NCBI GenBank assembly: GCA_016208685.1
Contig: JACQXM010000053.1
Coordinates: 93,957 to 157,956, forward strand
Length of the DNA stretch: 64,000 bases
Reading direction: 5' to 3'
From: Planctomycetota bacterium
GTDB taxonomy: Bacteria > Planctomycetota > Phycisphaerae > UBA1845
Below the pieces are notes generated by a model. The model did no database searches. It saw nothing but the letters and a program-made list of their open reading frames with translations, and had not been told where the DNA came from. The position numbers and the translations under genes were made by a program. Below are positions 29,501-39,182 of the stretch, one piece after another (positions within the stretch are counted from its first letter, which is position 1; every line of letters begins with the position of its first letter).

Positions 29501-30712
29501 TCAGTTGATCCGTCGACCATCGTCGTCCGCAGTGAAGAGGTGCGCGCGGCGGAGATCGACGCGTACGGCCACGCAGCCGCCGGGGGGACACGCAAACTCC
29601 GCGCCGGCGCGCGCTACCAGCGGCTCGCCCGTCGCCGTGGCAACGTGTACCAGCGTGCAGAACCCAAGCGGCTCAACCAGGCGCACGGCCATCTCCAGCG
29701 TCGGATACGGCGGTTCGCCGGTGGACGGGTCAGCGCCCATGTCGTTCGGCCCGCCAGGCGTGCCGCAAGCGGACCCGCTGCCGCGAGCGCCCGCCCCGCC
29801 CGCTGCCGCCACCGCGGCGCGGTCGGCAACGTGAACATCATCCGACCGGATGCCGAGCACTACGGCCCGCCCCAAGTGGTCGTTCAGCCCCTCCGCCCGC
29901 GGCATCGCGAGCCGCCAGCGCCCCACGCGCCCGTTGAACCAGCAGGCCCGCCCATCGCCTTCCAGCGTCCCGCCCAGGAAGTTCATCATCGGCGTGCCGA
30001 CGAATCCCGCCACGAAACGGCTGGCGGGTCGGTGATAGATCTCCAACGGCGTGCCGTACTGTTGCAGCCGTCCGTCCTTGAGCACCGCCATCCGATCCGC
30101 CAGGGTCATCGCCTCCTCCTGGTCGTGCGTCACGTAGATCATGGTGGTCATCAGATCGCGCTGGAGCGTTTTGAACTCGCTGCGCATGCGGACGCGCAAC
30201 CCGGCGTCCAGGTTGGCCAGCGGCTCATCGAACAGGAACACCTGGGGCCGGCGCACAATCGCGCGGCCGACAGCCACCCGCTGCTGCTCTCCGCCGGAAA
30301 GCGACTCCGGTTTGCGGTCCAGCAGGTGCCCGATCCCCAACAGCCGGGACACTTCTCCGATCTTCTGCACGATCTCCCCCCGCGCCGCCCCGCGCATCTT
30401 CAAGCCGAACGCCAGGTTCTTGTACACCGTCATGTGCGGATAAAGCGCGTAGCTCTGAAACACCATGGCCACGTCGCGGTCCTTAGGCGACACCCGGGCG
30501 ACATTGCGACCGCCGATCAGGATGTCGCCCGCCGAGGGCTCCTCCAGGCCGGCGACAAGACGCAGAATCGTGGTTTTGCCGCATCCCGACGGGCCGACCA
30601 ACACCAGAAGTTCGCGGTCCGCCGCCGCCAGCGTGAGGTCGTCCACGGCGCGCGCCGCGCCGGACTTGGCGTGGTAGACCTTGCTGATGCGCTGCAATCG
30701 GATGTCCGCCAT
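29501..30712 (-). CDS. Carbohydrate ABC transporter ATP-binding protein (MalK/UgpC family)
   Basis: GPSGCGKT, VFQSYALYPHM, LSGGEQQR, YVTHDQEEAM. Confidence 0.93.
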   Translation of the reverse strand: MADIRLQRISKVYHAKSGAARAVDDLTLAAADRELLVLVGPSGCGKTTILRLVAGLEEPSAGDILIGGRNVARVSPKDRDVAMVFQSYALYPHMTVYKNLAFGLKMRGAARGEIVQKIGEVSRLLGIGHLLDRKPESLSGGEQQRVAVGRAIVRRPQVFLFDEPLANLDAGLRVRMRSEFKTLQRDLMTTMIYVTHDQEEAMTLADRMAVLKDGRLQQYGTPLEIYHRPASRFVAGFVGTPMMNFLGGTLEGDGRACWFNGRVGRWRLAMPRAEGLNDHLGRAVVLGIRSDDVHVADRAAVAAAGGAGARGSGSACGTPGGPNDMGADPSTGEPPYPTLEMAVRLVEPLGFCTLVHVATATGEPLVARAGAEFACPPGGCVAVRVDLRRAHLFTADDDGRRIN

Positions 30713-30744
30713 GAGCGTACCCTGCTGCGTGACCGGAGGACCTC

Positions 30745-31239
30745 TCAGGACTTCCCGGAAACCTCGTGAAAGGTCAGCGTGTCGCTTGCCAGGTCCAGTG
30801 TGGCCACCGTGAGCCGTTTGGCGCGATGCAGCGCACCGGGGTTGACGATCCGCACGTTCCCCTGGCGCTCGTCGCGCGCCTGATGCGTGTGGCCGTGGAG
30901 AATGTAGTTTACCGCCAGTCGCTGGGCGGCGGTCTCAAACCCCGCTTCGTGTCCGTGGAAGACCGCGATTTCCCGGCCATCGACGGTCAGCCGTGTGGGG
31001 ACCTCCCGCGGCGCCGCCAGGCCCAGCGATTCCAGGTAGGCAATGAGCGGTCCCCCGGTTACGTCGGTGTTACCCCACACGAACGTCACCCGTCGCCCCG
31101 CAAGCTCGTCGAACACCACCTCGCCGCCCACGTCACCGCAGTGAATGAGTTGCTCCACGCCCAGGCGGTCGAACAGATCCACCGCCTGCCGCACAGGGAG
31201 AAACCGGCCGTGACTGTCTGACATGATGCCGATCAACAC
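30745..31239 (-). CDS. YfcE-family metallophosphoesterase
   Basis: SDSHG, HCGD, GNTD, HGHTH, NPG. Confidence 0.9.
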   Translation of the reverse strand: MLIGIMSDSHGRFLPVRQAVDLFDRLGVEQLIHCGDVGGEVVFDELAGRRVTFVWGNTDVTGGPLIAYLESLGLAAPREVPTRLTVDGREIAVFHGHEAGFETAAQRLAVNYILHGHTHQARDERQGNVRIVNPGALHRAKRLTVATLDLASDTLTFHEVSGKS

Positions 31240-31463
31240 CTGACGCCCTCCACGTTCCGGGGCAAGCGGGGGGACGAGTGTGCCATCGCCAATGCCTCCC
31301 ATCGCGGCGGCATGCCGTCGGCATTCGCCAACGCACGCGTGTGACGGACATGCTATTGCAGGCCGGACCGACGCTCCACAGGCAGCACCCGGGAATCGTG
31401 TTGCCCCGGTGGAACGCGGACCGCGGGTCACCCTTGCGTCGCAGGCCCGACTCCGCCTCGGCG

Positions 31464-34400
31464 TCAGCCTTCGGTCGCAAACTCGTCGAACCTGGCGAGG
31501 ATCAGATCTGTGGGCGTGTGCACGCCGGACTCGTCCTCCTCCGCGCGCCGGGCTCCGGTGAAAGTGGAAAGCACGTATTCCACGTCATCGCGCTTGAGGC
31601 CGTAGAGATGGAAAAAAGCGGCGTCCAGCTCTGCCCGCAGCTCTGCGCGTTCGGCGGGCTTCCACTTGTGAATTCCCTCCGCGAACCCCGCGGCTTCCGC
31701 CAGTGGCGCCATGTCCTCGGCGGTGCAGGAGAGCTTGAGCACACGGTCGCTGATCCATCGCTCCAGAGTCAGCTTCCGGTGCCAGGGGCAACGATCGGAG
31801 TATGCGTCCGGCGGAAACAGGGGAAGCTGTTCGACGATGAAGAAATTCAGATGGATGTTTCCGACCTTCTGCCGGGCGATGAAGTCGAGGGCGAAGCTGT
31901 TGAGGTTCGCCAGCAGGCAGCAGCCGGCACGCGGGGTAATCTCATCGCCCGTCAGCATGAGGGGCGCCGAGTTTACGACCGCAACGTGCGGCATGAATGC
32001 GGCAATCATGGTGCGCTCGTTGGTAGGGCTGGTGACGTCCTTGTAGCACAGATAGGCGCACCGGCCGCGCCCGCGCAGAGCGCGATCCACTTCGGCCTCA
32101 TCCACCCACCATCGCGGTTGCACGACGAACTCCGGGTTCTGATGCGAGACCAGGCTCGTGGCTTTGGTCTGCCCCTGGCGCATCCAGTTGTCCTCGTCGA
32201 CGATCACGCCGGCGGCACGATGGTCGTAGGCCTGCACCATCTTGGCCTCGTAGAGCGGAAGGAATACGTGCCGGCGTTTCCGCCAGCGGTTTCCCTCCAG
32301 CTTATAACCGAGCTTCAGAAGCTGCTCCCCGGTGTGAAACAGCTCGGCGTCGTTCGTTTGGTGGAACATCGTGAAGAACTTTATTCCCCACGGGTTGCCG
32401 CCCTTCCTTCGTGTCTTGTCCACGAGAATGGGAACACGTTTGTACGCTCGCCGCGTCAGCTCGGCGTCGCGCCGCGTGCGGAAGACGGGACAAGTGCGGG
32501 TGTTGGGGTTCACGAGCGCGAAGTCCTCGGCGCTGAGTGGAATGTGGCGCTTCCGCTCCGCCAGTTCCTCAACCTCGTGGGCGAAGAAGAAGAAATCCAC
32601 GGCGCGGGTTCTGGTCGTGCTGCCGCCGAAAACCAATGTGCAGAACTTGAAGCGGCTGTCCACGTCGGGGAACTGCCGCCTTCGATTCTCAAAATCGTAC
32701 AGGCAGATCAATGACTTCGACGAGATCAAGTCATGAAAGAACTCCTTCGTGGTATTGTCGGTCGCGATGCCGGAGGGCATGAGCAGTCCGACGCGTCCTT
32801 CGGGGGCTACGATCGACCGTGCCTGTTCCGCAAAAAGGACGTACGTGTTCACGTCGCCTTTGCCGGTCAGCGGGAAGCGACCTGATTCCCTTGTATAGCC
32901 CAGCGTGCGTTCGGCCCTCTGCTTGGCCGCCACATAACGCTCGTACAGCTCCGGGTCGCCGCGCTCCAGCGCCGCGATCATCTTGCGACGCGTGGCAGCG
33001 CTCACTGCCGCCGCGACCTTGGGCGCCGCCAGCGAGAAGAACTCCCGCTCCTGGACCTTGAGTCGCTCCCAGGGGGGGTTGCCGATGACGCAATCGAAGC
33101 CGCCCTCCTTGCGATCGAACACCTCGGGGAAGGTCGCCTGCCAGTTCATCGCCCGCGGATCGACGGCTCGATCGTCCACCAGGCTGTTGCCGCATACCAC
33201 GTTGTGCGAAAGGTCCGCCAGGGTCTTTCCCCGCCGCGCGGAGCGGATCCACAGCGCGAGCTGGGAAATCTCGACCGCCTCTTCCGAGAGATCAACTCCG
33301 AACAGATTGGCGGCCATGATCGTATCGGGGAGGCCGTCGAGCAGGGACTCGACCTTTCGGTCACCGTGATCGCGGAGCCGGGCGGTCACCTCCGCGTACT
33401 TCGCCTCGAAGTAATCGTACGCCCGAATCAGGAAGGCCCCGCTTCCGCAGGCCGGATCGCACACCTTCACGTTGCGCAGCACGTCCAGGCACTCCTCCCA
33501 GGCAGCCTTGGGGGCACGCCTGCCGTCGTGCCCCGAAAGCGTGTTCTCGGGAAGCCCATGCTGCCGCTCGATCCGAGCAAAGCGTTCATCGACTAATGCG
33601 CCGATGGTTAGCTGCACGATCAGATCGGTGAACGCCGGAGGAGTGTAGTAGACGCCGAAGCGCTTGCGCTGCGCGGACTTGGGCATCGCTGCGGGGCGAT
33701 CGTCCTTGGCGGGCACGCTGAACAACCCACCGGCGCGCAGCCGTTCCAGCTCCGTGATCGACCGCTCGAATAGATGCCCGAGCACCTCGACGTTGACTTC
33801 ATCACGGAAATCGTAGTGCCCGATGCGGCGAAAGGCGTTCGTCCACTCATCGTCGAGGTCCAGGCCGTCAACCTCCGGATCCTCGCGGAAGAGTCCGCCG
33901 TCGTACGGGGGGATACTCCGCACGTCATTGCCGCTATCGACGCTGCGGAACAAGTCGCAGAAATTCTGCCAGCGCGGATTGGCGGCGCGGGAGAAAGGCG
34001 GCACGTTGCGCCACGCATCCTCCAACGCATAGGGCGGCAGCAGCCCGCGGTCCTCGCAAAACGCGATGAAGATGACGCGGTCGATGAGACGCTGTGCAAT
34101 GCGAATCGCGTCGTCGACCGATCTTGAGCGGCGGGTGTGCAAGTGATGCACCAGAGCATAGCGCAGGTTGCGGTACTCGTCGTAGAGTTTGTCGCCGACT
34201 TCGAGCTGCCGGGCGTCCGACTCGGCCAGGAGCCGGTCCGCCCGGGGGCGTTGGCCCTTGAACGGCGGGAGAAACGCCCCCCGGCCGAACAGGGCATAGA
34301 ACGCACGGAACCTCTCCGCGTTCTTAAGCTCTTGGAGCGTGAAGTGCTCAAAGGCGTGGGAACCCTTACTCCGGTGATAAAGCCGAAAGCTGACGTAGTT

Positions 34401-34907
34401 GCTTACAATGCCCCAGGGGCATTCCGGAACGGCGTTGAGGTAGTCCCAGCACTGCTGCACCGGCGTACGTCCGGCCGAACGGTCCCGGTCCAGATCGACG
34501 GTGGGCCCTTTCAGCTCGATCAGCGCGCGAGGGCGCTCCGCGCCCGCGGGCGTGAACTTGCCGATGGCGGCGTCCGCCTGCCCGCCGGGAACGGGATACT
34601 CCGGTTGCAACTCCCATTGCGGGAGATTCGCGGAAAGCACCTGGTAACCCAGCGCCCGCCCGAACACTTCCGTAAGAAACTCCGCGTGCAGCGCCGTCTC
34701 GGTCATCCCTTGGAGCCTTCCGCCGGCATCGAGCTCCGCCCATTTGACGAGCACGGCGTGGGCTTCGTCGGTGACGTAGCCCTGGGTGCGCATTTCCTCC
34801 GCGGCCTGTTTGACCATGCGTTCAATGATGAGCCGGCCCCGGCGGCGACCGCTGCCGTAGCGGATGGGGTCGAGCTCATGGAAGAGTAGCGAGCTTTCCG
34901 GATCCAA
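31464..34907 (-). CDS. Type IIG (Eco57I/MmeI-like) fused restriction endonuclease-N6-adenine methyltransferase
   Basis: N-terminal AD..IELK..Q...Y nuclease motif, YYTPP, DPACGSGAFL, GNPPW, C-terminal target-recognition region. Confidence 0.88.
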   Translation of the reverse strand: MDPESSLLFHELDPIRYGSGRRRGRLIIERMVKQAAEEMRTQGYVTDEAHAVLVKWAELDAGGRLQGMTETALHAEFLTEVFGRALGYQVLSANLPQWELQPEYPVPGGQADAAIGKFTPAGAERPRALIELKGPTVDLDRDRSAGRTPVQQCWDYLNAVPECPWGIVSNYVSFRLYHRSKGSHAFEHFTLQELKNAERFRAFYALFGRGAFLPPFKGQRPRADRLLAESDARQLEVGDKLYDEYRNLRYALVHHLHTRRSRSVDDAIRIAQRLIDRVIFIAFCEDRGLLPPYALEDAWRNVPPFSRAANPRWQNFCDLFRSVDSGNDVRSIPPYDGGLFREDPEVDGLDLDDEWTNAFRRIGHYDFRDEVNVEVLGHLFERSITELERLRAGGLFSVPAKDDRPAAMPKSAQRKRFGVYYTPPAFTDLIVQLTIGALVDERFARIERQHGLPENTLSGHDGRRAPKAAWEECLDVLRNVKVCDPACGSGAFLIRAYDYFEAKYAEVTARLRDHGDRKVESLLDGLPDTIMAANLFGVDLSEEAVEISQLALWIRSARRGKTLADLSHNVVCGNSLVDDRAVDPRAMNWQATFPEVFDRKEGGFDCVIGNPPWERLKVQEREFFSLAAPKVAAAVSAATRRKMIAALERGDPELYERYVAAKQRAERTLGYTRESGRFPLTGKGDVNTYVLFAEQARSIVAPEGRVGLLMPSGIATDNTTKEFFHDLISSKSLICLYDFENRRRQFPDVDSRFKFCTLVFGGSTTRTRAVDFFFFAHEVEELAERKRHIPLSAEDFALVNPNTRTCPVFRTRRDAELTRRAYKRVPILVDKTRRKGGNPWGIKFFTMFHQTNDAELFHTGEQLLKLGYKLEGNRWRKRRHVFLPLYEAKMVQAYDHRAAGVIVDEDNWMRQGQTKATSLVSHQNPEFVVQPRWWVDEAEVDRALRGRGRCAYLCYKDVTSPTNERTMIAAFMPHVAVVNSAPLMLTGDEITPRAGCCLLANLNSFALDFIARQKVGNIHLNFFIVEQLPLFPPDAYSDRCPWHRKLTLERWISDRVLKLSCTAEDMAPLAEAAGFAEGIHKWKPAERAELRAELDAAFFHLYGLKRDDVEYVLSTFTGARRAEEDESGVHTPTDLILARFDEFATEG

Positions 34908-34948
34908 GGGGTCGCGCTCCGTCGCTCCCGCCGGTAGACGCGGTGCGA

Positions 34949-35530
34949 TCAGTCGTCGTGATACTCTAACGACCGGCAGGTCAGATCAAACAGTCGGTAC
35001 AGATCCTCGTCGATAGGGCGGTCCTCCAGGCTCACGGAGACGGCGTAGGCATCGCCGCGGCGAAAGACGGCCGCGCGCACCACCGTGGTCCGATCCCAAC
35101 TGAACAACTCCGCGCCCTCGCGCGGCCCCAAAGGTTTCGCTTCCGACTCCCGCGCGTCAACCGGATGGCTCCCCTCCTCGGCGTCGTGCCTTCCCAGTAT
35201 GAGCTCGGCCGCGCTCCGCGGGGATCCGCCGTCCATTTGCTCGACACGCCAGAGGGCCAGCACCGCCTCCGCGCCGCTCGCGGCCCGGCCGAAAAACGGC
35301 AGGGCGACGGCCTTGCGCGTGTGGACCTCCTCCCCCAACCGAAAGTGTTTGGGAGGCCGAACGCTGATCAGCCAGCCGGGCGGCGAGACCGCGCGCACCA
35401 GCGGATCCCGCCCTCGCGCCGCGCTCATCTGGGCCGCCAGCCCCACGGTAACCAGAAGCAGGAACACACTGGAGGCGATGGCCCTGCCCGGCCGGGCGGG
35501 TCGGGTCATGTTGTGAAGCTCGACCACCAT
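34949..35530 (-). CDS. Hypothetical membrane-anchored protein
   Basis: 193-aa ORF with N-terminal hydrophobic segment, co-oriented with and 41 bp upstream of the RM gene. Confidence 0.6.
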   Translation of the reverse strand: MVVELHNMTRPARPGRAIASSVFLLLVTVGLAAQMSAARGRDPLVRAVSPPGWLISVRPPKHFRLGEEVHTRKAVALPFFGRAASGAEAVLALWRVEQMDGGSPRSAAELILGRHDAEEGSHPVDARESEAKPLGPREGAELFSWDRTTVVRAAVFRRGDAYAVSVSLEDRPIDEDLYRLFDLTCRSLEYHDD

Positions 35531-35727
35531 GGAGCCCTATGCTACGCCATCGCGCCGGCGGCGGCGAGCGCGCCGGCGCCGGCCGTTGACGCCGCCGCGC
35601 CGATCTTCTAGAGTGCCGCCGCGCGAACTCGGCATCACGGATGCGTGTTCCAAGCCCGACGCCCGAGCGCTGGCGCGGCGGGGCCGGTTTGTCGGGTGTT
35701 CGATTGTCAGCAGCGCGGCCGGCCGTC

Positions 35728-36588
35728 ATGGACGACTTTCGTCGATTCTTCCTTCGCGGCTTGGGGGCGCTGGTGCCCACGCTCCTGACCTTCGCCATCC
35801 TGGTCTGGGTCTACGGTTTCATCAACGAGAACATCGGAGTCCACATCACCCGTGGGTTGCTGTCGTTCTGCTCCTGGATCAGCGCCGAACCGGCTCCGGG
35901 AATCGTGGACGAGGAAAAAGACCCGCTCATCTACGGCACCCCGATCGACGAATGGGACGAATCGGGCCGGCGTTTGACAATCGAGCACCGCGTGGTACAT
36001 CACCCCGCCTTGCGGCTTCATGACCCGGCCGACCGGCAGACGGCGCTCGACGCGCGCAACGACGCGCTGTGGCAGATCGCCTTCCGCAAGTACAAACTGC
36101 ATCTGCTCGGTTTCCTGATCGCCATTGTGCTCGTATACTTCACCGGCTTCTTCCTCGCGAGCTTCATCGGGCGTACGACCTGGCGAGCAACGGAGGGGCT
36201 GCTGGCGCGGATTCCGCTCATCCGTGCCATCTACCCGCACGTGAAGCAGGTGACGGATTTCCTGCTCTCTGAACGGCCCGTCGAGTTTTCCGGGGTCGTC
36301 GCTGTGCAGTTTCCGCGCCCCGGCGTCTGGTCGTTGGGTTTAAGCACCGGCGGACCCATCCTCCGCCTGCAACAGGAGTTTCCGGGAAAGGAACTGGTGA
36401 CCGTGTTCATCCCCACCTCGCCCACGCCGTTCACCGGCAGCGTCATCCAGGTGCCGCGCGACGAGGTCATCGGGCTCAACATGACGATCGATGAGGGATT
36501 GCGGTTTATGATAAGCGGCGGTGTAATCAAGCCGGAGGCCGAGCTGTCGGGCCCGCGGCTGCCCGAACACCAGGCGACCGGAGACTGA
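35728..36588 (+). CDS. DUF502 membrane protein
   Basis: FFLRGL..LVP, IPLIRAIY..VKQV, VFIPTSPTPFTG, ISGG. Confidence 0.88.
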   Translation: MDDFRRFFLRGLGALVPTLLTFAILVWVYGFINENIGVHITRGLLSFCSWISAEPAPGIVDEEKDPLIYGTPIDEWDESGRRLTIEHRVVHHPALRLHDPADRQTALDARNDALWQIAFRKYKLHLLGFLIAIVLVYFTGFFLASFIGRTTWRATEGLLARIPLIRAIYPHVKQVTDFLLSERPVEFSGVVAVQFPRPGVWSLGLSTGGPILRLQQEFPGKELVTVFIPTSPTPFTGSVIQVPRDEVIGLNMTIDEGLRFMISGGVIKPEAELSGPRLPEHQATGD

Positions 36589-36606
36589 TCGCAAAGGCAG
36601 GAGGCT

Positions 36607-36942
36607 ATGGCGGTGGGAATCCTCATAACCGGACGGCACGTCGAAGTACCGGAAGCGCTCCGCGCCTACATCAACGAGAAGGCGCAAAAGCTCTCCCGCT
36701 ACTACGACCGCATCCATGACATCGAGGTAGTGCTCGATCAGGACTCCGATCAGCTCACCGCCGAGATGATCGTCCGCGTGGAACGCAAGCACACCTACAT
36801 CGCCAGCGACAGCGGACCCGACGCCCTCGCCCTGATCGACGGCATCACCGAGAAGCTGGGGCGACAGCTCGTGAAACATAAAGAAAAGAACCGAACCAAA
36901 AAGGGAGGCGCCTCCGCGGACGGCGGCGGAAGCATGAGCTAG
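36607..36942 (+). CDS. hpf: Ribosome hibernation factor HPF/RaiA
   Basis: ITGRHVEVPEALRAYINEK, KLGRQLVKHKEK. Confidence 0.9.
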   Translation: MAVGILITGRHVEVPEALRAYINEKAQKLSRYYDRIHDIEVVLDQDSDQLTAEMIVRVERKHTYIASDSGPDALALIDGITEKLGRQLVKHKEKNRTKKGGASADGGGSMS

Positions 36943-36975
36943 GGCGTGCGCGCGGCGCCGGCGGCGGATGTTGCC

Positions 36976-37449
36976 ATGAAGCTTTCCGAACTGATCCACA
37001 CCCCTTCGATCGTCACGGAGTTCATCTCCACCGACCGCAACGGCGCGATCCGCGAGCTCGTGCAATCACTCGCCGACCACGGCGCCGTCGACCCGGAACA
37101 TGTCGAGACCATCGTCCGTGCCGCCATCAACCGCGAGCGCCAGGGGAGCACCGGGTTCGGCAAGGGGGTGGCCGTGCCTCACGTCAAACACGAGTGCATC
37201 CAGCAGATGACCGCCACCATCGGCCGCTCCGGTCGCGGACTGGACTTCGCGGCGCTGGACCGCGCTCCGGTCTACACCGTGGTCATCCTCCTCAGCCCGG
37301 CGAGTGCCCCGGAGGAGCACCTGGCCGCCATGGAGAAGATTTTCCGCTACCTCCAGCGCGAGAACTTCCGCCGCTTTCTGCGCCAGGCGACCACGCACGA
37401 GGCCATGGTGGACCTGGTCCAGGAGGCGGACGAAATCCAGGATGAATAG
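36976..37449 (+). CDS. ptsN: PTS EIIA (Ntr/fructose type)
   Basis: RERQGSTGFGKGVAVPH, GLDFAALD. Confidence 0.88.
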   Translation: MKLSELIHTPSIVTEFISTDRNGAIRELVQSLADHGAVDPEHVETIVRAAINRERQGSTGFGKGVAVPHVKHECIQQMTATIGRSGRGLDFAALDRAPVYTVVILLSPASAPEEHLAAMEKIFRYLQRENFRRFLRQATTHEAMVDLVQEADEIQDE

Positions 37450-37523
37450 CGGCGGAGCGCGGCGCCCGGGCCGATGCGCCGGCGCGGCGTGGGGAAACAC
37501 GCAGATCGTGAGTGCCGGGATCG

Positions 37524-37805
37524 ATGAACGAGGTGGTACGCGAGGTGGTCATCACCCATCAGGAGGGTCTGCACGCCCGCCCGGTAATGAAGTTCGTCCA
37601 CCTGGCCACCAGCTTCCGCGCCCGCGTCTCGGTGACCAACATCACTCGCTCCGGCGAAACGGTGGACGGCAAGAGTGCCATGCACATGATGCTGCTGGAG
37701 GGGACGCAGGGCTGCACCTTGCGCATCCAGGCCGTCGGCGAGGACGCCGAGGACGCCGCCACGGCCCTTGCCGACCTGGTACGCCGCGACTTTGACCTAG
37801 AGTAA
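37524..37805 (+). CDS. ptsH: HPr phosphocarrier protein
   Basis: GLHARP, VDGKSAMHMMLL. Confidence 0.9.
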   Translation: MNEVVREVVITHQEGLHARPVMKFVHLATSFRARVSVTNITRSGETVDGKSAMHMMLLEGTQGCTLRIQAVGEDAEDAATALADLVRRDFDLE

Positions 37806-37832
37806 CGTCCAACCAAGGGAGGGGATGGCAAC

Positions 37833-39182
37833 ATGATCATCGCGCCGCCACGCCTCAAACCGGCGGGCCACACGGCGACGCTGCTGCTGTGCCTGGCGGG
37901 CGCCGCTGCCCCCGCGCCGCAGGCCGCCGTCGCCCAGCAGACACCGCTCGCCATCGTGGGAGCGCGCATCGTCCCCATCCGCGGCGTCGAGCTCGAGCGC
38001 GGCACGCTCATCGTGGCAGGGGGCAAAATAGTCACCGTGGGCGCCGCGGACGCCGTAACCGTGCCGCCCGACGCGCAGCGCGTGGACGCCGCCGGCAAAG
38101 TCATCATGCCCGGTTTGATCTGCACGCATAACCACGTCGGCGGTATCGGCGGCGCCGACAGCACCGCCCCCCTGCAGCCCGACGTGCGTATTTACGACTC
38201 GCTCAACGTGCTCGACGCCGGCTACCGGCGGGTCGTCGCCGGCGGCCTGACTACGGTGAACATCATGCCCGGCTCCGGGCATTTGCTCTCCGGCCAGACC
38301 GTCTATCTGAAAATGCGCAAGGGCAACACCATCGAGGATCGGTTCATCCGCGACCGCGAGGGTCGGGTGATGGGCGGCATCAAAATGGCCAACGGTACGA
38401 ATTCCATTCGCGAGGCCCCCTTCCCGGGAACTCGCGCTAAGTCCGCAGCGCTGGTCCGCGAGCGCTACATCAAGGCGCTCGAATACCGCGATAAAACCGC
38501 CCGTGCCGCCGGCGACCCGGAGAAAATGCCGCCCCGCGATATCGGTCTGGAGGCGATGGTCCAAGCCCTCGCCGGCACGCGCATCGTGCACCATCACACT
38601 CATCGACACGACGACATACTGACGGTGCTGCGCCTGGCGAAGGAGTTCAACTTCCGCGTCGTGCTGCACCACGTTTCCGAGGGGTGGAAGGTCGCGGACG
38701 AGATCGCCCGTGCCGGCGTCCCTTGTTCCGTCATCCTGGTGGACAGCCCGGGCGGCAAGCTCGAAGCGCGTGACATGGCCTTCGAGAACGCGGGCATTCT
38801 GGAGAAGGCCGGTGTCAAGGTCGCGTTCCACACCGACGACTGGATCACCGATTCGCGGCTCTTCTTCCGCATGGCCGCCCTGGGGGTTCGCGGCGGGATG
38901 TCGCGCGAAGGCGCCTTGAAGGCCCTCACCGTCCACGGCGCGGAGATGCTCGACCTGGGCGACCGGATCGGCACGCTCGAGCCGGGCAAGGACGCGGATT
39001 TCATCGTCCTCTCCGGCGACCCGCTCAGCGTTTATTCGAAAGTACTTGAAACCTGGGTAGAAGGCGAGAAGGTGTTCGACCGCGACGACCCCGAGGATCA
39101 CCTGCATGCCGTGGGCGGCTTCGGCGCCGGCAACGAGCAGGTGCCCTATTTCTGTTGCTTCGACGAGGCGAGTAAGCAATGA
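37833..39182 (+). CDS. Secreted amidohydrolase-family protein
   Basis: Signal peptide, MPGLICTHNH, IGTLEPGKDADFIVLSGDP. Confidence 0.88.
   Translation: MIIAPPRLKPAGHTATLLLCLAGAAAPAPQAAVAQQTPLAIVGARIVPIRGVELERGTLIVAGGKIVTVGAADAVTVPPDAQRVDAAGKVIMPGLICTHNHVGGIGGADSTAPLQPDVRIYDSLNVLDAGYRRVVAGGLTTVNIMPGSGHLLSGQTVYLKMRKGNTIEDRFIRDREGRVMGGIKMANGTNSIREAPFPGTRAKSAALVRERYIKALEYRDKTARAAGDPEKMPPRDIGLEAMVQALAGTRIVHHHTHRHDDILTVLRLAKEFNFRVVLHHVSEGWKVADEIARAGVPCSVILVDSPGGKLEARDMAFENAGILEKAGVKVAFHTDDWITDSRLFFRMAALGVRGGMSREGALKALTVHGAEMLDLGDRIGTLEPGKDADFIVLSGDPLSVYSKVLETWVEGEKVFDRDDPEDHLHAVGGFGAGNEQVPYFCCFDEASKQ

Noticed and set aside
31240..31463. Duplicated host-gene 3' end after the RM gene (also checked after KAP-LRR and MNT-HEPN)
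   Set aside because: No convincing similarity to the upstream genes' ends by eye
31464..34907. BREX PglX or DISARM methylase
   Set aside because: No brx/pgl/drm partner genes, and it carries its own N-terminal nuclease motif
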